Assembly: GCA_977018835.1 (NCBI GenBank)
Contig: OZ361259.1
Location: 3,472,001-3,536,000 of the forward strand
From: Minutocellus sp. GHC0000111
Lineage: Eukaryota
Direction: 5' to 3'
Length of the DNA stretch: 64,000 nucleotides
The notes beneath the pieces are model-generated. The model was given only the letters and a program-made list of their open reading frames with translations. It searched no databases and was not told where the DNA came from. Of the stretch, positions 24,726 through 35,525 are shown one piece after another (position 1 is the first letter of the stretch; each line of letters starts with the position of its first letter). The translations under genes were made by a program, and so were the position numbers.

Positions 24726-24989
24726 GTTGCCCCCGGAGTGGATTGTATCCCTCTGACGCAACCAGCGTTTTGTTGGTGACGGCATTGTTGGCTGGGCTGC
24801 GTTTATTTTTTGGGATACTTCGATGATTCGATTCATTTACCACTCAACTTTTTTTCACATGGGCACATTTCACACATAGATCTACATATTTCAAACATTG
24901 ACATAAATAAACTCTACTCTAGAGGTTGTTTTTGCACAGTACTTACTACTACGTAGCTATCTATACAGCAAAGGTCAAGACCCAAAACG

Positions 24990-26120
24990 CTTCTTGAGTT
25001 CGAATTTTATTGGCTGCTTCTGCAGTCCCTTGACCTCAAGCCATCCTCGATCCTTGGCAGCTGCGCTCTCCTGTGGCCTGTCACTCTTGAGGTCCCAGGG
25101 GGTGATCGACCAATACAGGAATACCTATCCAGGAATGCAACCGATACTTCTCCAAGAAGCGTCTCCGCTCCAAGGCGCAGTAGCCTACCCCTCAGCTCCA
25201 TCCTAACTGCCGATTTTTTAACGCTACTTAGCCCGAAGTTGCGGATTTTCAGGAATACTGTTCCCCGCATCCAAGTGGATCACCCACTACTGGGGTGGCT
25301 GAGCAGCATCTTTGCCCCATCGCGCGCCGCTATTGCCTCGCACACCACCACGGGTTCAACACAGTTGCTCATCCAGACATCATTGACAATATCCTTCAGT
25401 GGAAAGTGGGCGCAAATATCACGGCAATTGGCGCACATGTCCTTTGCATCGTACGACTTCGAGCTAATGCTACCGGTCGGAGGACAGAGAGTGTGCGTAA
25501 GCAAGTAGTAGATGCTGTTCGAGATCTCAAGAGAAGGAAACACACGCGCCTTCATGGCGCCGACAAACTGATGGCCCAAAAACGACGCCAAATTGAGGTT
25601 GGCGGCGTTTCGCAGTCGCTCTCTATCAGCATGCTGCAACAATACAGCACCCCAAAAAACAGAACTTGTATACCAGTACTCTTCACGGACCAGCCTCTCA
25701 ATGCCATCCTCATCTGACTCGACGAAACCACCGCCGACGTAAAGGTTGCGAAGTTGGGGGAAAGTCGCTAGAAACGGAATGAGCCGCGCCGTCGTCTCAC
25801 GGCAGACGGCAAGGATTCGGTCGTTTCCGCGGGCATCCGGGGGTGAATCCTCGGCGGCGCGTAAAATCGACAGGCAGTTGATCTCCTCGACGTTGGAGAA
25901 ACGGCCGCCGCCGGTCGACGGTGCGTCGAGTCGGCTTTCGGTGAGGTTGAGGGCGGTGATGGACCGCGCTCCACTTCCTCTCGGGCATCGTCGTCGACTT
26001 GCGCAGAGAGCGCAACGTCCATCGCGGCGTGGGGCAGTGCAGGTAGTCCAGCACACGTCCCCAAATGGGCGGAACGTCGTACAAGCCCAACGGCGTCTCT
26101 GGCGTGCCTGCCGTAGTCAT
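24990..26120 (-). pseudogene. Diatom-type F-box-like/LRR-like family protein, frameshifted
   Basis: MTTAG...PPIWGRVLDYL, then frameshifted ALNLTESRLDAPS...RFSNVEEINCL...RLIPFLATFPQLRNLYVGG...CANCRDICAHFPL. Premature stop at 25280 and a degenerate tail. The 3' boundary is approximate. Confidence 0.55.
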
Positions 26121-26611
26121 AATACCGGTAGTAGTATCACTTGCAGCAGATGCCGCCGCTGCACCGCTACCGGAATGCAGAGCCGAACTCGGAACGCAGC
26201 CAGTGTTCGTTCTCATTTTTTTAGAAGTGCAAATTTATGAATTACGTAGCTAACGGCGAGTGGTGTTATTGTGGTGAGTACCTGGAACTGGAACCAAGCC
26301 AAGTCAGGAGCAGCTGTGGAGCTACGAGTATCGGTCGGGTATCTTGCAAATAAAAAACAGCACAAGACGTGCTAATTTACTTGCCATTGTGAGTCGAGTG
26401 AGTCATTCCAATTTCTATTTCGTACGTATGTGCGTACATGTACGTGCAATTGCCCTCATTCTTATCTTGCTTGCTCATGCCACCACCGCTGGGCGGCCCA
26501 TTCCTTCCTCTCGTTGTATTCCCTTGCCTTGCTTGCTACTTAGGCGTGTTTGCTACTTATTGCCCGATTCTTTCCGCGACGTCGCATAGTACTGTAGAGC
26601 AGCAGAGCACC

Positions 26612-29600
26612 ATGAGCAGCACCACCAGCACCGGTGACGACGACACTGTAGTTCCCACCACCCCCCGCGGCCTGTTCGATGCCGTGGTGGCCCTCGTCCG
26701 TTGCGGCGGTGGTGGCGATACCGACGAAAGCACTGACGACACAGGCAGTGGTGCCAAGCTGCCCGACTCGGTCCGGCTTCGCATGTACGGTCTGTACAAG
26801 CGCTGCACCGTCGGGAGGCTCCATCCTCACGAATACGACGATGACGATGGCGATAATGACGAAGATGACAACGAGCAGCACGACGAGCACAACCAGCGGC
26901 CCACCTGCCGGCCGTCCGTGTTCCACGTGGTGGCGTGCGCCAAGTACGATGCCTGGGCCAGCTGCGATGTCTACACCCTGAACGAGGCGCGGATGGAATA
27001 CGTCAAGTTGGCCGCCGCGCAGACTCATCATCCCGTCGGACGTCGGTGCCGGGATTTGCTCCAGAGGTTTGAGGAGGGGCAGCGACGGCAACGTATGGAG
27101 GAGGAAGAGGGACGAGGTGGTGCCGGTGGTGCAAGTGGTGAAGGCGGTGAAGGAGATGACGATCATACCGCCGTCACGGCCGAGGAGACATTTCAGGATG
27201 CCCTCGAGCATTTGCCGCCGGCGGCAGCTCTGTCGTCCCCTTCTACTCCATCGCCGCCTCGGTCTCAATCTCGATCTCAGTTCCAACATCGGCCTGCTCC
27301 GACCATGACGTCGAGGCCACGAAACGAACAACATCGTCCATTTGATCAGATACCACCATCATCATCGTCCTCCTCCACCTCATGCTCCCTCCTCGAGCGG
27401 TGGACGGGCATCCGACCGCTCATCCCCCGGGGACGGTTGGACGTTGGCCTTGGCGATTTGGGATATGCCACCCTCACGTGTCTGTGGATGATGACGTGCA
27501 ACGTCCTGCTTCCGTCTGGGTCGTATTATGCACGGACCGACGTGCGGAGAAGATACGAGGAGGACATTGCCCGGGCGTGGTGGTGTGGGACAGGTGTAGA
27601 GGATGTATCGAATGATGCGGGTGACGATGTAGCAAATGATACCACAAACGATGCATCGACTTATGACGAGGTGGTCGTCGGATTGTCGGTCCGATCCCTC
27701 CTCGATGCCTACCTGACCGGACGGAACTTTCCCTCGGGATCCGAAATCGTTCTGGCACCCTGCATAACCATACCGGGCATGGTCCAGGTGCTGCAGCATC
27801 ATGGCATACGCGTCGTTCCCGTGGACATAGTGCCTCCTCCGTGTGGTAGTGGTAGTGATGACAATGCGGAGGATGATGCAAACGATGGAAGTGGCGAGAT
27901 TGGTCGCATTGGGGTGAACGTCGACGCCGTGGAGAGGGCGATAACGCCTCGGACGGTGGCCGTTCTCGTCACCCATCCATTTGGATTGGTCTGCACTACC
28001 GACGAGGACATGACGGCCATCCGATCGTTGGCCAACCGTCATGATTTGGACGTCATTGAGGACTGTGCCGAATGCTATGCGGGAAGAAGAAGCAGTGGCC
28101 GCGGTCAGCGGCGGCAGGACACATTGGCGCATTCCGGTGAAGGCAGTGAGGCCGACATCTGTTTTTATTCCTTTGGGACCATCAAAACAGCGACGGCTCT
28201 CGGCGGTGGTATTGCCATCGTCCGCAGGGACAAGGAGGGCCTTGCCGATCAAATGAGGCGGGCGCAGCTCTTTAGCGGCCAGCAAACCAATGCACAGTAC
28301 CTTGCCAAGCTCATCAAATGCTTGGTCCTTCAATTCGTGTCGTTCTATCCGTCTCTGTGTGGGATTGTTGCATTTGTGATGAGAACATTTGGCTTGGATT
28401 ACGACCGGACGGTAACGAGCATGCTGAGGGGATTTCAGCAGCGCGATCTAATCGGCCAAATCCGAAAGAGACCTTGCACGGCGCTTCTTTCGCTTCTTCA
28501 TCGGAGGCTTTCTTATTCGTCCGCCTCGACCACTGCCTCGGTGGTATCGGCCCGGGTGAGAAGGTGTCAATCGCTATCTCGGCAACTTGTCAAATCATGC
28601 AGCCACAGTGTTCGTGTACCGAGGGGCGTCGAGGGGAGTCGTCATTGCTATTGGCTTTTTCCTGTCCACGTTGACGACCCAAACAGAATGAGCAAGCTCC
28701 TTGAGCGTGAGGGATTCGATGCACCAAGCGGCGCCTCGCAGCTGACGAGTGCAACGATGCTCGATGGTGTCCACGGAGATTGTCCCATGGCGGAACGGCT
28801 GATGAAAGGAATTATCTATCTGCAAGCTCCGAGTTATCCTCTGTCCAAGTCGCTTGTCCATCGGATTGTGAGAGTGTTGCGTTGCGATAACGAGGCAAGA
28901 GAAGGCACTTCCAAGGCTCGCGCGCAGATGATGAAGGAGAATCGCCTACATTTCGCCATCAGAAATGCTTTTCTTCTTCTTGGTATCGGATCTGTTGCCG
29001 CGCTTTGGGTTTGGCCCTTTAGTTCGATCCGAGGTGCATTGGAATCAGTATTGTGGGGCGCTTTTGGATGTGGAATGATTGTTTTGGTTCTACGATACTT
29101 TATCTCGCAGGACTACATGCAACTTTCCACAGCCATGAGCAAGCATTCGGTCGACGATATCGGTAGCTGCGAAGGTCCCGGGTGCAGCGCTCAGAATGGT
29201 TGTGCGCTAGATGCTGCTGCCCTGAAAGTTCCGTCCGTTGAGACAACAGACCCGGACGATCTTGTTCTGCTGACGGGAGCGACTGGTTTTATAGGATCGC
29301 TGCTTCTTCGTGAGCTTCTCTTGCATCGTGAGAAATTGGGCGTTGCCGGCGTCGTCGTTTTGTGTCGATCAAAGGGGTCTCGATCACCTCAAGATAGGAT
29401 GGCAAAGGTTCTGTCGGAAGATATGTTTTCATTCCTCTCCGACAAAGAGAAAGATGATCTCGTCTTGGTCATCGAGGGTGATGTCACTCAACCTGATGTT
29501 GGAATGTCACGTCAGGATTTGCTACGAGTGAAGAACGAGCTTGGCATATCCCGTGTATTTCATTGCGCTGCTTCGGTGAGCTTCACCCAGAGTCTTGAAG

Positions 29601-32600
29601 ATGCAGCAGCATCCAACATTACATCTTCCCTTCAGCTCCAGCAGTTGACGAAGCAGCTCAAGAGGAAAGATGCCAAGTTTGTGTACATCAGCACAGCGTT
29701 TGTTCATGGTGGATCAACCGGCACAGGAGATTCGCCTCTTCCCGAACAGGTCCATCGCATGCATCCGTATGATCCTCAGGCTCTGTATCGATCGATGTTG
29801 GAGACCCAATCCTACGCCTCCGCCGCTATGCATGATCTGGGTTTTCCCAACACGTACACCTTCAGCAAATGCATCTGCGAGCACTTGCTCCTCCGAGATG
29901 CGAACAGCGATACCATCATCATCCGTCCAAGTATTGTCGGTCCTGCGGTACAAGAACCTCGAGAGGGTTGGGCAGGTTCCAAACCATCGACGCTTGTGGC
30001 GGCTGCTTGCCTATACCTCAAATTTCCATACAATCTTTGGAGCTTCGGCAAGACGACTGTGCCCTTCGTTCCTGTCGATGTCGTGTGCAGATTTGTATTG
30101 TCAAAAGCTTTTGAATCTTTAGAGAAAGAGGAGGACGAGCGTTCCAGCCACCATTTGGCGAGATCGGATAGCGTTGCTGGTTCGAGATCGATCTCTTCCG
30201 CTTCTACAGAAGATGGAAGCTACCAGAAGGTCAATCTTCCGACATGTGATGATATCTCGTCCACTTCATCGCCCTCCTCTTCGGATGCCTCCATTTCGAG
30301 CAGTGCAAGCCGAAACAGTCGCACTACCAAACGCATCTTCACCGCATGCTGGGATAGCAAGTCCCAGGCTTCAGCTTCGTTCCTTTGGATCGATTATGCC
30401 ATCACCATTACCCACGTTGGAGTCATTTTTGGATACATGTCCCGCCTGGTTGTGTACATTGGGATGGTATTTACCGTCAAATTGTTTCCTCGGCTCAACC
30501 TGAAGCTCGGCACTTATCGCGACGTTCATAGTGCCGTCATTATTTCTCCGATTGTCTTCCTTCGAGGCTTCTTGGAGAAGCTTGGGATCGGAAGTCCAAT
30601 CACTCGCAATCTTCGTCTGCTGCAACCATTCCTTGATCTTCCTCTCTTGTTCTTCCCCTTTACGAACAAGTCCTTTTACTTTCGCAGCGAAATTGATGCC
30701 CCTCCTGGCTTCGATGGGCAGCGATACATGCTCAACTGTGCCTTGGCAGCAGAGCAATTTGTGAGGAAAATTGGGACCAAGAATAAGGTCAAGCCAGGAT
30801 CCTCTGTGGATGGTAGGAACCAGGCGGGTACAAGGCCGCGTTCGCACTTGGTCATCGCGGGTGCCTCTCACCGGCCGATATTGCTCGATTTACTGTGGGC
30901 CCTTTCCCAGCCTCATGGCAACACCTTCGTTCGCCTCGCAGGGTGGCTCCTGGTCAAGATTTTTCGCATAACGCTGGAGGAATTGACTGTTGACATTAGC
31001 AAAGTCGTTTGTCTCGCCAAGGCAAAGAAGGAAGCGGGGCATCCTTGTCACATCATTCTGGCCCCGACACATCGATCGTTATACGACTTTCTCATAATCA
31101 GTTTCGTCGCCTTCGCTTTGCCCGAGCTTGGACTCGATATCCCCTACATTGCAGCCGCCGAGGACTTTTATCGCGTACCTCTCTTGGGCTGGTTAATGCA
31201 GTATGCCGGCGCCTTCTTTGTGAGACGAGGTCGTGGTACGGTCGACCCTGAACTACGAAATGCTGTCAAAATCATCAAAGACGGAGGAGCGGTTATGAAT
31301 CGTTGTTCTGATGACAGTTTGTCGTCCATTGAAGTATTTATCGAGGGGACTCGTAGTAGGGACCGTCGCTTCTCAAAAGGAAAGACTGGTTTTATTCGCT
31401 GTTTGCAAGAGACGGGAGGAGACCACGTAATTCTTCCAATTGCCATAAACTATGAAGCGATTCCAGATCAGACATCTCTGTCGCAGAATGCCGAGGGGGG
31501 CATATCGAGGTTGAGGTCAGGTCTACGCGTTCAGTCTTTGTGGAAATGGCTCTGGGACGTCGCATGTGGCCGCATTCGCCTAGGACGAGTGCACGTTGCC
31601 GCTGCCAAGCCAATCCTACTCGCCGACGGTGATGAAACAAGCCCCAGCACTATCGCACTAACTATCCAGAGGGAACAGATGAAGCAAATCTTGATATCAA
31701 GCTACCACATCGAGGCAGCTTCGAGAGCCTTGTGCTTGGAGCATAAGACTGTGCGAGGCGCCATTGAAAATCTTGGTGGCCAATTCTGGCCGCCGTACGA
31801 TATCCAGACCCCTCTTCCCAGCGATAGGCACCACGGCAACGTGCCAATCTCAAGAAACAGGAATGAGCTACTTACGGTGATGCTCCATTTCGGCCACCTG
31901 CTTGCTCCCCTCGTCAAATCAACGCACCCGCGGTGGAGTGAGTGGCTTGGCCATCATTTGATGGACGAAGAAAGCAGCTTTGATAACTGGACTGTGGAAA
32001 TGTCTGCAGTGAAAAGTGCCTTGGCGAGGCTATTTGATACGGCCGATGCCGCTGTCAATGCGGTTCTAAAGAATTTGAACGATCATGGTTTTGATTCTCC
32101 GTCGGAACAACATGCATTGAGATATGTCAAGGAGCAGGCCAGGGGGGATTCCTCCTCAACTCCTCTACTGCTTCTCAAAGCTGCATTATCCTTCCAAATT
32201 GCCGCAAAGCGCCCAAGCGTTGGTAGCGACTTTGATTTGCCAGACGATGGTCCTGTCACACCCTTGTTTTCGCCGAATTCACCTAGCAACCATTCATCTT
32301 TCAATGGGATCGGTTCTTCGGAGTCTTTTGGTGCTTGGGGATATCAGGATTCCGGATTTGTCGCAGAAGTGCGAGAGGATGGTTCCAGATCTGTTGTGAT
32401 GAAGGGCAATCGCTACAAGATTTGCAATGTGGCGCTACCTAGACTTATTCCTTTTCTTGAGAAAGAGAGTCAGCTACGCGTCGATATCCGCCGAGTCTCA
32501 TTGTCCCCAGCTCTTCACAAACCAAAAGTTGCCGATTCTGCTTTACGAAGTGGTGATGTAGACAAAATGCTTGAGATTGTGGGTGGCGATCAAGGCCGGG

Positions 32601-34096
32601 TATCGATCGAGGCAAAGGACCGGGCGCGTCATGGCACTGGCCACACCCAAGAAGATATGTACTTGATTCGTAGTGGTTCGCTGGAGCAATTGCGCCTACC
32701 AGATGCTGTGATTTGGGTCAACAGTGAACGAGAAGTCGAAGGGCTCGTGGCCCTTGCCAGAGCGGAGCAATGGTGCCTCATACCATTTGGTGGTGGCACC
32801 AACGTCTCACATGCAACTCACTGTCCGACCCTCGAGCAAGAGCCAAGGCCGATTGTATCCGTCGATATGAAACTGATGAATCAAGTACTATGGATCGACG
32901 AGACCAATGGGCTTGCGCATGTTCAAGCTGGTATTACTGGTGCCGACCTTGCTCTTCAGATGAACAAGCGTGGGTACACCATCGGACATGAACCTGATAG
33001 CATTGAATTCAGTACTCTTGGAGGTTGGATTGCCACAAAGGCAAGCGGAATGAAGCGCAACAAGTACGGCAACATTGAAGATATTGTTCGTGATGTTCGT
33101 GTGGTGGGATCCGTGGGTCGTATTTCCCAAAGCGTTGATCACGGCGACCCAACTTTTGGCCGCGTGTCCACCGGCATGGATGTCTCTTCGCTGATGTTTG
33201 GATCGGAGGGAAACTGTGGCATGATTACCAGCGCTGTCATCAACATCTGGCCTCTTCCCGAAATCACCACCCATGACGGCATTGTCTTCGCCTCGTTTGA
33301 AGATGGCCTTCGATTTGTGCGAGACGTTGCTTCATCATCGACCAAGCCGGCCAGCGTCCGACTGCTGGACAACGATCAATTCCGTCTTGGCCAGGTGCTA
33401 CGAAAGGAATCCACCGGCCTTGCAGGTATTGCAGAACATCTCATGAAGATGATCGCTACTTGGACAAATGCATTCCCCGCCGACAAGGCCGTGTGCGCCA
33501 CCATTGCTTACGAGTGTTCAGCAGACGAAGTCAAGTACCAACAGAAGCAAATGGGTAAACTTGCCTCGAAGTACGGTGGTGTCTCGAAAGGGGCAAAAAT
33601 TGGTCGAGCGGGTTACGACCTGACATTTGCTATTGCCTACCTTCGAGACTTTGCCATGTCATACCACTTCCTTGCCGAATCCTTTGAAACATTCGTCCCA
33701 TGGTCCAGAGTAGAGGAGGTCATTGCCCGGACGAAGAGGCGAATCATCCAAGAACACCGTAAGCGTTTCTTGCCAGGTGAGCCGATTGTCAGCAGTAGAG
33801 TGACGCAGCTCTACGATAATGGTGCCTGCGTCTATTTCTATTTTTGCATGAATTACGAAGGCATCTCAGAACCAAGTCGAGTATATGGAGAAATCGAGGC
33901 AGCGGCGAGAGATGAGATTTTACTCTGTGGCGGATCTCTTAGTCACCATCATGGAGTTGGCAAGCTACGAGCCCATTTCATGCCTCGCATTACTTCCGAT
34001 CATCATCGGCGTTCTCTCCTCGACGTGAAGAAAAGTATCGACCCCCACGACGTTTTTGCCGTGCGGAATGGAATGTTTGCGTCGATTGAGAAGTAG
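26612..34096 (+). CDS. Multifunctional ether-lipid synthase fusion: ACBP - DegT/StrS aminotransferase - TM - fatty acyl-CoA reductase - DHAP acyltransferase - alkyl-DHAP synthase
   Basis: Uninterrupted ORF (upstream in-frame ATG at 26438; 26612 is the likelier start). ACBP: MYGLYKRCTVG...AKYDAW...EYVKL. PLP enzyme: VIEDCAE, SFGTIKTATALGGG. FAR: LLTGATGFIG, HCAASVSF, NTYTFSK, IIRPSIVG. Acyltransferase: THRSLYD, AFFVRR, FIEGTRSR. AGPS: PFGGGTNVS, HEPDSIEFSTLGGWIATKASGMKRNKYGNIED, SHHHGVGK. Confidence 0.93.
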   Translation: MSSTTSTGDDDTVVPTTPRGLFDAVVALVRCGGGGDTDESTDDTGSGAKLPDSVRLRMYGLYKRCTVGRLHPHEYDDDDGDNDEDDNEQHDEHNQRPTCRPSVFHVVACAKYDAWASCDVYTLNEARMEYVKLAAAQTHHPVGRRCRDLLQRFEEGQRRQRMEEEEGRGGAGGASGEGGEGDDDHTAVTAEETFQDALEHLPPAAALSSPSTPSPPRSQSRSQFQHRPAPTMTSRPRNEQHRPFDQIPPSSSSSSTSCSLLERWTGIRPLIPRGRLDVGLGDLGYATLTCLWMMTCNVLLPSGSYYARTDVRRRYEEDIARAWWCGTGVEDVSNDAGDDVANDTTNDASTYDEVVVGLSVRSLLDAYLTGRNFPSGSEIVLAPCITIPGMVQVLQHHGIRVVPVDIVPPPCGSGSDDNAEDDANDGSGEIGRIGVNVDAVERAITPRTVAVLVTHPFGLVCTTDEDMTAIRSLANRHDLDVIEDCAECYAGRRSSGRGQRRQDTLAHSGEGSEADICFYSFGTIKTATALGGGIAIVRRDKEGLADQMRRAQLFSGQQTNAQYLAKLIKCLVLQFVSFYPSLCGIVAFVMRTFGLDYDRTVTSMLRGFQQRDLIGQIRKRPCTALLSLLHRRLSYSSASTTASVVSARVRRCQSLSRQLVKSCSHSVRVPRGVEGSRHCYWLFPVHVDDPNRMSKLLEREGFDAPSGASQLTSATMLDGVHGDCPMAERLMKGIIYLQAPSYPLSKSLVHRIVRVLRCDNEAREGTSKARAQMMKENRLHFAIRNAFLLLGIGSVAALWVWPFSSIRGALESVLWGAFGCGMIVLVLRYFISQDYMQLSTAMSKHSVDDIGSCEGPGCSAQNGCALDAAALKVPSVETTDPDDLVLLTGATGFIGSLLLRELLLHREKLGVAGVVVLCRSKGSRSPQDRMAKVLSEDMFSFLSDKEKDDLVLVIEGDVTQPDVGMSRQDLLRVKNELGISRVFHCAASVSFTQSLEDAAASNITSSLQLQQLTKQLKRKDAKFVYISTAFVHGGSTGTGDSPLPEQVHRMHPYDPQALYRSMLETQSYASAAMHDLGFPNTYTFSKCICEHLLLRDANSDTIIIRPSIVGPAVQEPREGWAGSKPSTLVAAACLYLKFPYNLWSFGKTTVPFVPVDVVCRFVLSKAFESLEKEEDERSSHHLARSDSVAGSRSISSASTEDGSYQKVNLPTCDDISSTSSPSSSDASISSSASRNSRTTKRIFTACWDSKSQASASFLWIDYAITITHVGVIFGYMSRLVVYIGMVFTVKLFPRLNLKLGTYRDVHSAVIISPIVFLRGFLEKLGIGSPITRNLRLLQPFLDLPLLFFPFTNKSFYFRSEIDAPPGFDGQRYMLNCALAAEQFVRKIGTKNKVKPGSSVDGRNQAGTRPRSHLVIAGASHRPILLDLLWALSQPHGNTFVRLAGWLLVKIFRITLEELTVDISKVVCLAKAKKEAGHPCHIILAPTHRSLYDFLIISFVAFALPELGLDIPYIAAAEDFYRVPLLGWLMQYAGAFFVRRGRGTVDPELRNAVKIIKDGGAVMNRCSDDSLSSIEVFIEGTRSRDRRFSKGKTGFIRCLQETGGDHVILPIAINYEAIPDQTSLSQNAEGGISRLRSGLRVQSLWKWLWDVACGRIRLGRVHVAAAKPILLADGDETSPSTIALTIQREQMKQILISSYHIEAASRALCLEHKTVRGAIENLGGQFWPPYDIQTPLPSDRHHGNVPISRNRNELLTVMLHFGHLLAPLVKSTHPRWSEWLGHHLMDEESSFDNWTVEMSAVKSALARLFDTADAAVNAVLKNLNDHGFDSPSEQHALRYVKEQARGDSSSTPLLLLKAALSFQIAAKRPSVGSDFDLPDDGPVTPLFSPNSPSNHSSFNGIGSSESFGAWGYQDSGFVAEVREDGSRSVVMKGNRYKICNVALPRLIPFLEKESQLRVDIRRVSLSPALHKPKVADSALRSGDVDKMLEIVGGDQGRVSIEAKDRARHGTGHTQEDMYLIRSGSLEQLRLPDAVIWVNSEREVEGLVALARAEQWCLIPFGGGTNVSHATHCPTLEQEPRPIVSVDMKLMNQVLWIDETNGLAHVQAGITGADLALQMNKRGYTIGHEPDSIEFSTLGGWIATKASGMKRNKYGNIEDIVRDVRVVGSVGRISQSVDHGDPTFGRVSTGMDVSSLMFGSEGNCGMITSAVINIWPLPEITTHDGIVFASFEDGLRFVRDVASSSTKPASVRLLDNDQFRLGQVLRKESTGLAGIAEHLMKMIATWTNAFPADKAVCATIAYECSADEVKYQQKQMGKLASKYGGVSKGAKIGRAGYDLTFAIAYLRDFAMSYHFLAESFETFVPWSRVEEVIARTKRRIIQEHRKRFLPGEPIVSSRVTQLYDNGACVYFYFCMNYEGISEPSRVYGEIEAAARDEILLCGGSLSHHHGVGKLRAHFMPRITSDHHRRSLLDVKKSIDPHDVFAVRNGMFASIEK

Positions 34097-34324
34097 AGAA
34101 GAAATACGTTTCTAGCTAGCTAGAGCTGTAACGGTAACCTTTTTTGCAATAATTGCTAAATGAAATTTTACAAGCGTTGCAATATACAAGCGCAAATAAA
34201 AAATATGTAATGTGCTGTGGCAACCACCGCGACTTTGCTGCAGAAATAAATATATACAGGGCATGTGGACAAAGTCACGCTGGGACAACAGTCGCTCCAT
34301 AGCAAGTAGGGGTAGAAGAATTAA

Positions 34325-35400
34325 TCATTCTTCAGGTACCGAGGCGAGACTCTTGATGTCGATCCAACGTGTGAGCGAGTTGGTCTTTGGATTGCACTGC
34401 TTCCGTTCATTCTTCTGGAGACGATCGACCTCTCTTGGGAAGGACTCCCAGTCGCAGTATATAAGATCACTGCATCCAAACAAGAGTGCACAGAATTCCT
34501 TTACCTCTCGTCGACAGAATGGCCGTTCGTCGAGGAGGTCGAAGTACCGGCAGTCCTGTCCCATCTCTCGCATACGATGGAGAGGTCGCGCGTAGGTAAG
34601 CCACGGATTATGTTCAAAGACTTCCTCTGCCTCGCTTATGTGATCGTCCAGCACATCGATGTCCAGCCAATCCAGTCGTTTGTCCAATTCGTTATAGAAC
34701 GTCAGTGTTGGTTGCCAGTCGGTGCATAGCCTGATAACGACGCAGACTGGCAGACCTCGAAGAGAGTCCAGCGCCGCGACGAGATCTTCTTGGCGTTCTT
34801 CTTCTTGGATCTCAATACCGCAGTTGTGCTTGTTGGTGTTCTGTCCATCCGTCGCGATGACGATGCAGACCTTGCTTCCCTCTTCTTCAAGAGTGGGCAA
34901 CATGTCAATGATATCTCGACGAACTTCTCGGATACTGTCAGGTAAGGGTGTTCTGCCAGATGGCTCATTTCGTAGCATAATGTTCCGGGCTCGCTTGCGA
35001 TCCTTCGATGCCTGAGAGGGTGTATTGAGGCCATACCCTACGCGGAACCGATGTGGACCCCGAACGAGTGGACCGCCATTCTTGGGTGGATTGAGGAGAC
35101 GGAATTCGCTGGGGGCCCCAAGTGACGAGGCGAGATGGATGTGACTTTCCACAGTTTCGCTAATCTCATCCCACCTCGAGCACTCCTCATTTCCATTGTC
35201 ATTTGAAGTCAGCAGACAGTGACCGTCGTCAAGAGACGTCGAGCCAGAATTGTCAACTATCCAAAATCGTTTATGGATGGCACTTTGCGTATTGGCCATC
35301 AGCGTTTGCCTCAGGCCCGAAGGAATATCAATGCCCAAAGATTCCACCGAGCAAGTGTCGCTCTCCCGAAGGACCTCGGATTTGATAGCCTGATACAAGC
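34325..35400 (-). CDS. vWA-domain protein (stramenopile-type); 5' end uncertain
   Basis: MIDAS-like WIVDNSGS, GRTPL and VIATDG, then LPVCVVIRLCTD...DVLDD..EAEEV..HNPWLTY..PLHRMREMG. Confidence 0.75.
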
Positions 35401-35525
35401 CTCCCCTGGCGTGGGTACTCCTTCGTGCTACCGGTGGAATTACATGTCGAGCATATCCTTCCACGCACCCCGTCCCCAACCAGGCGTCGCCTGTTCTTCC
35501 TGCCACGGGGCTCCAGGCTGCGGAT

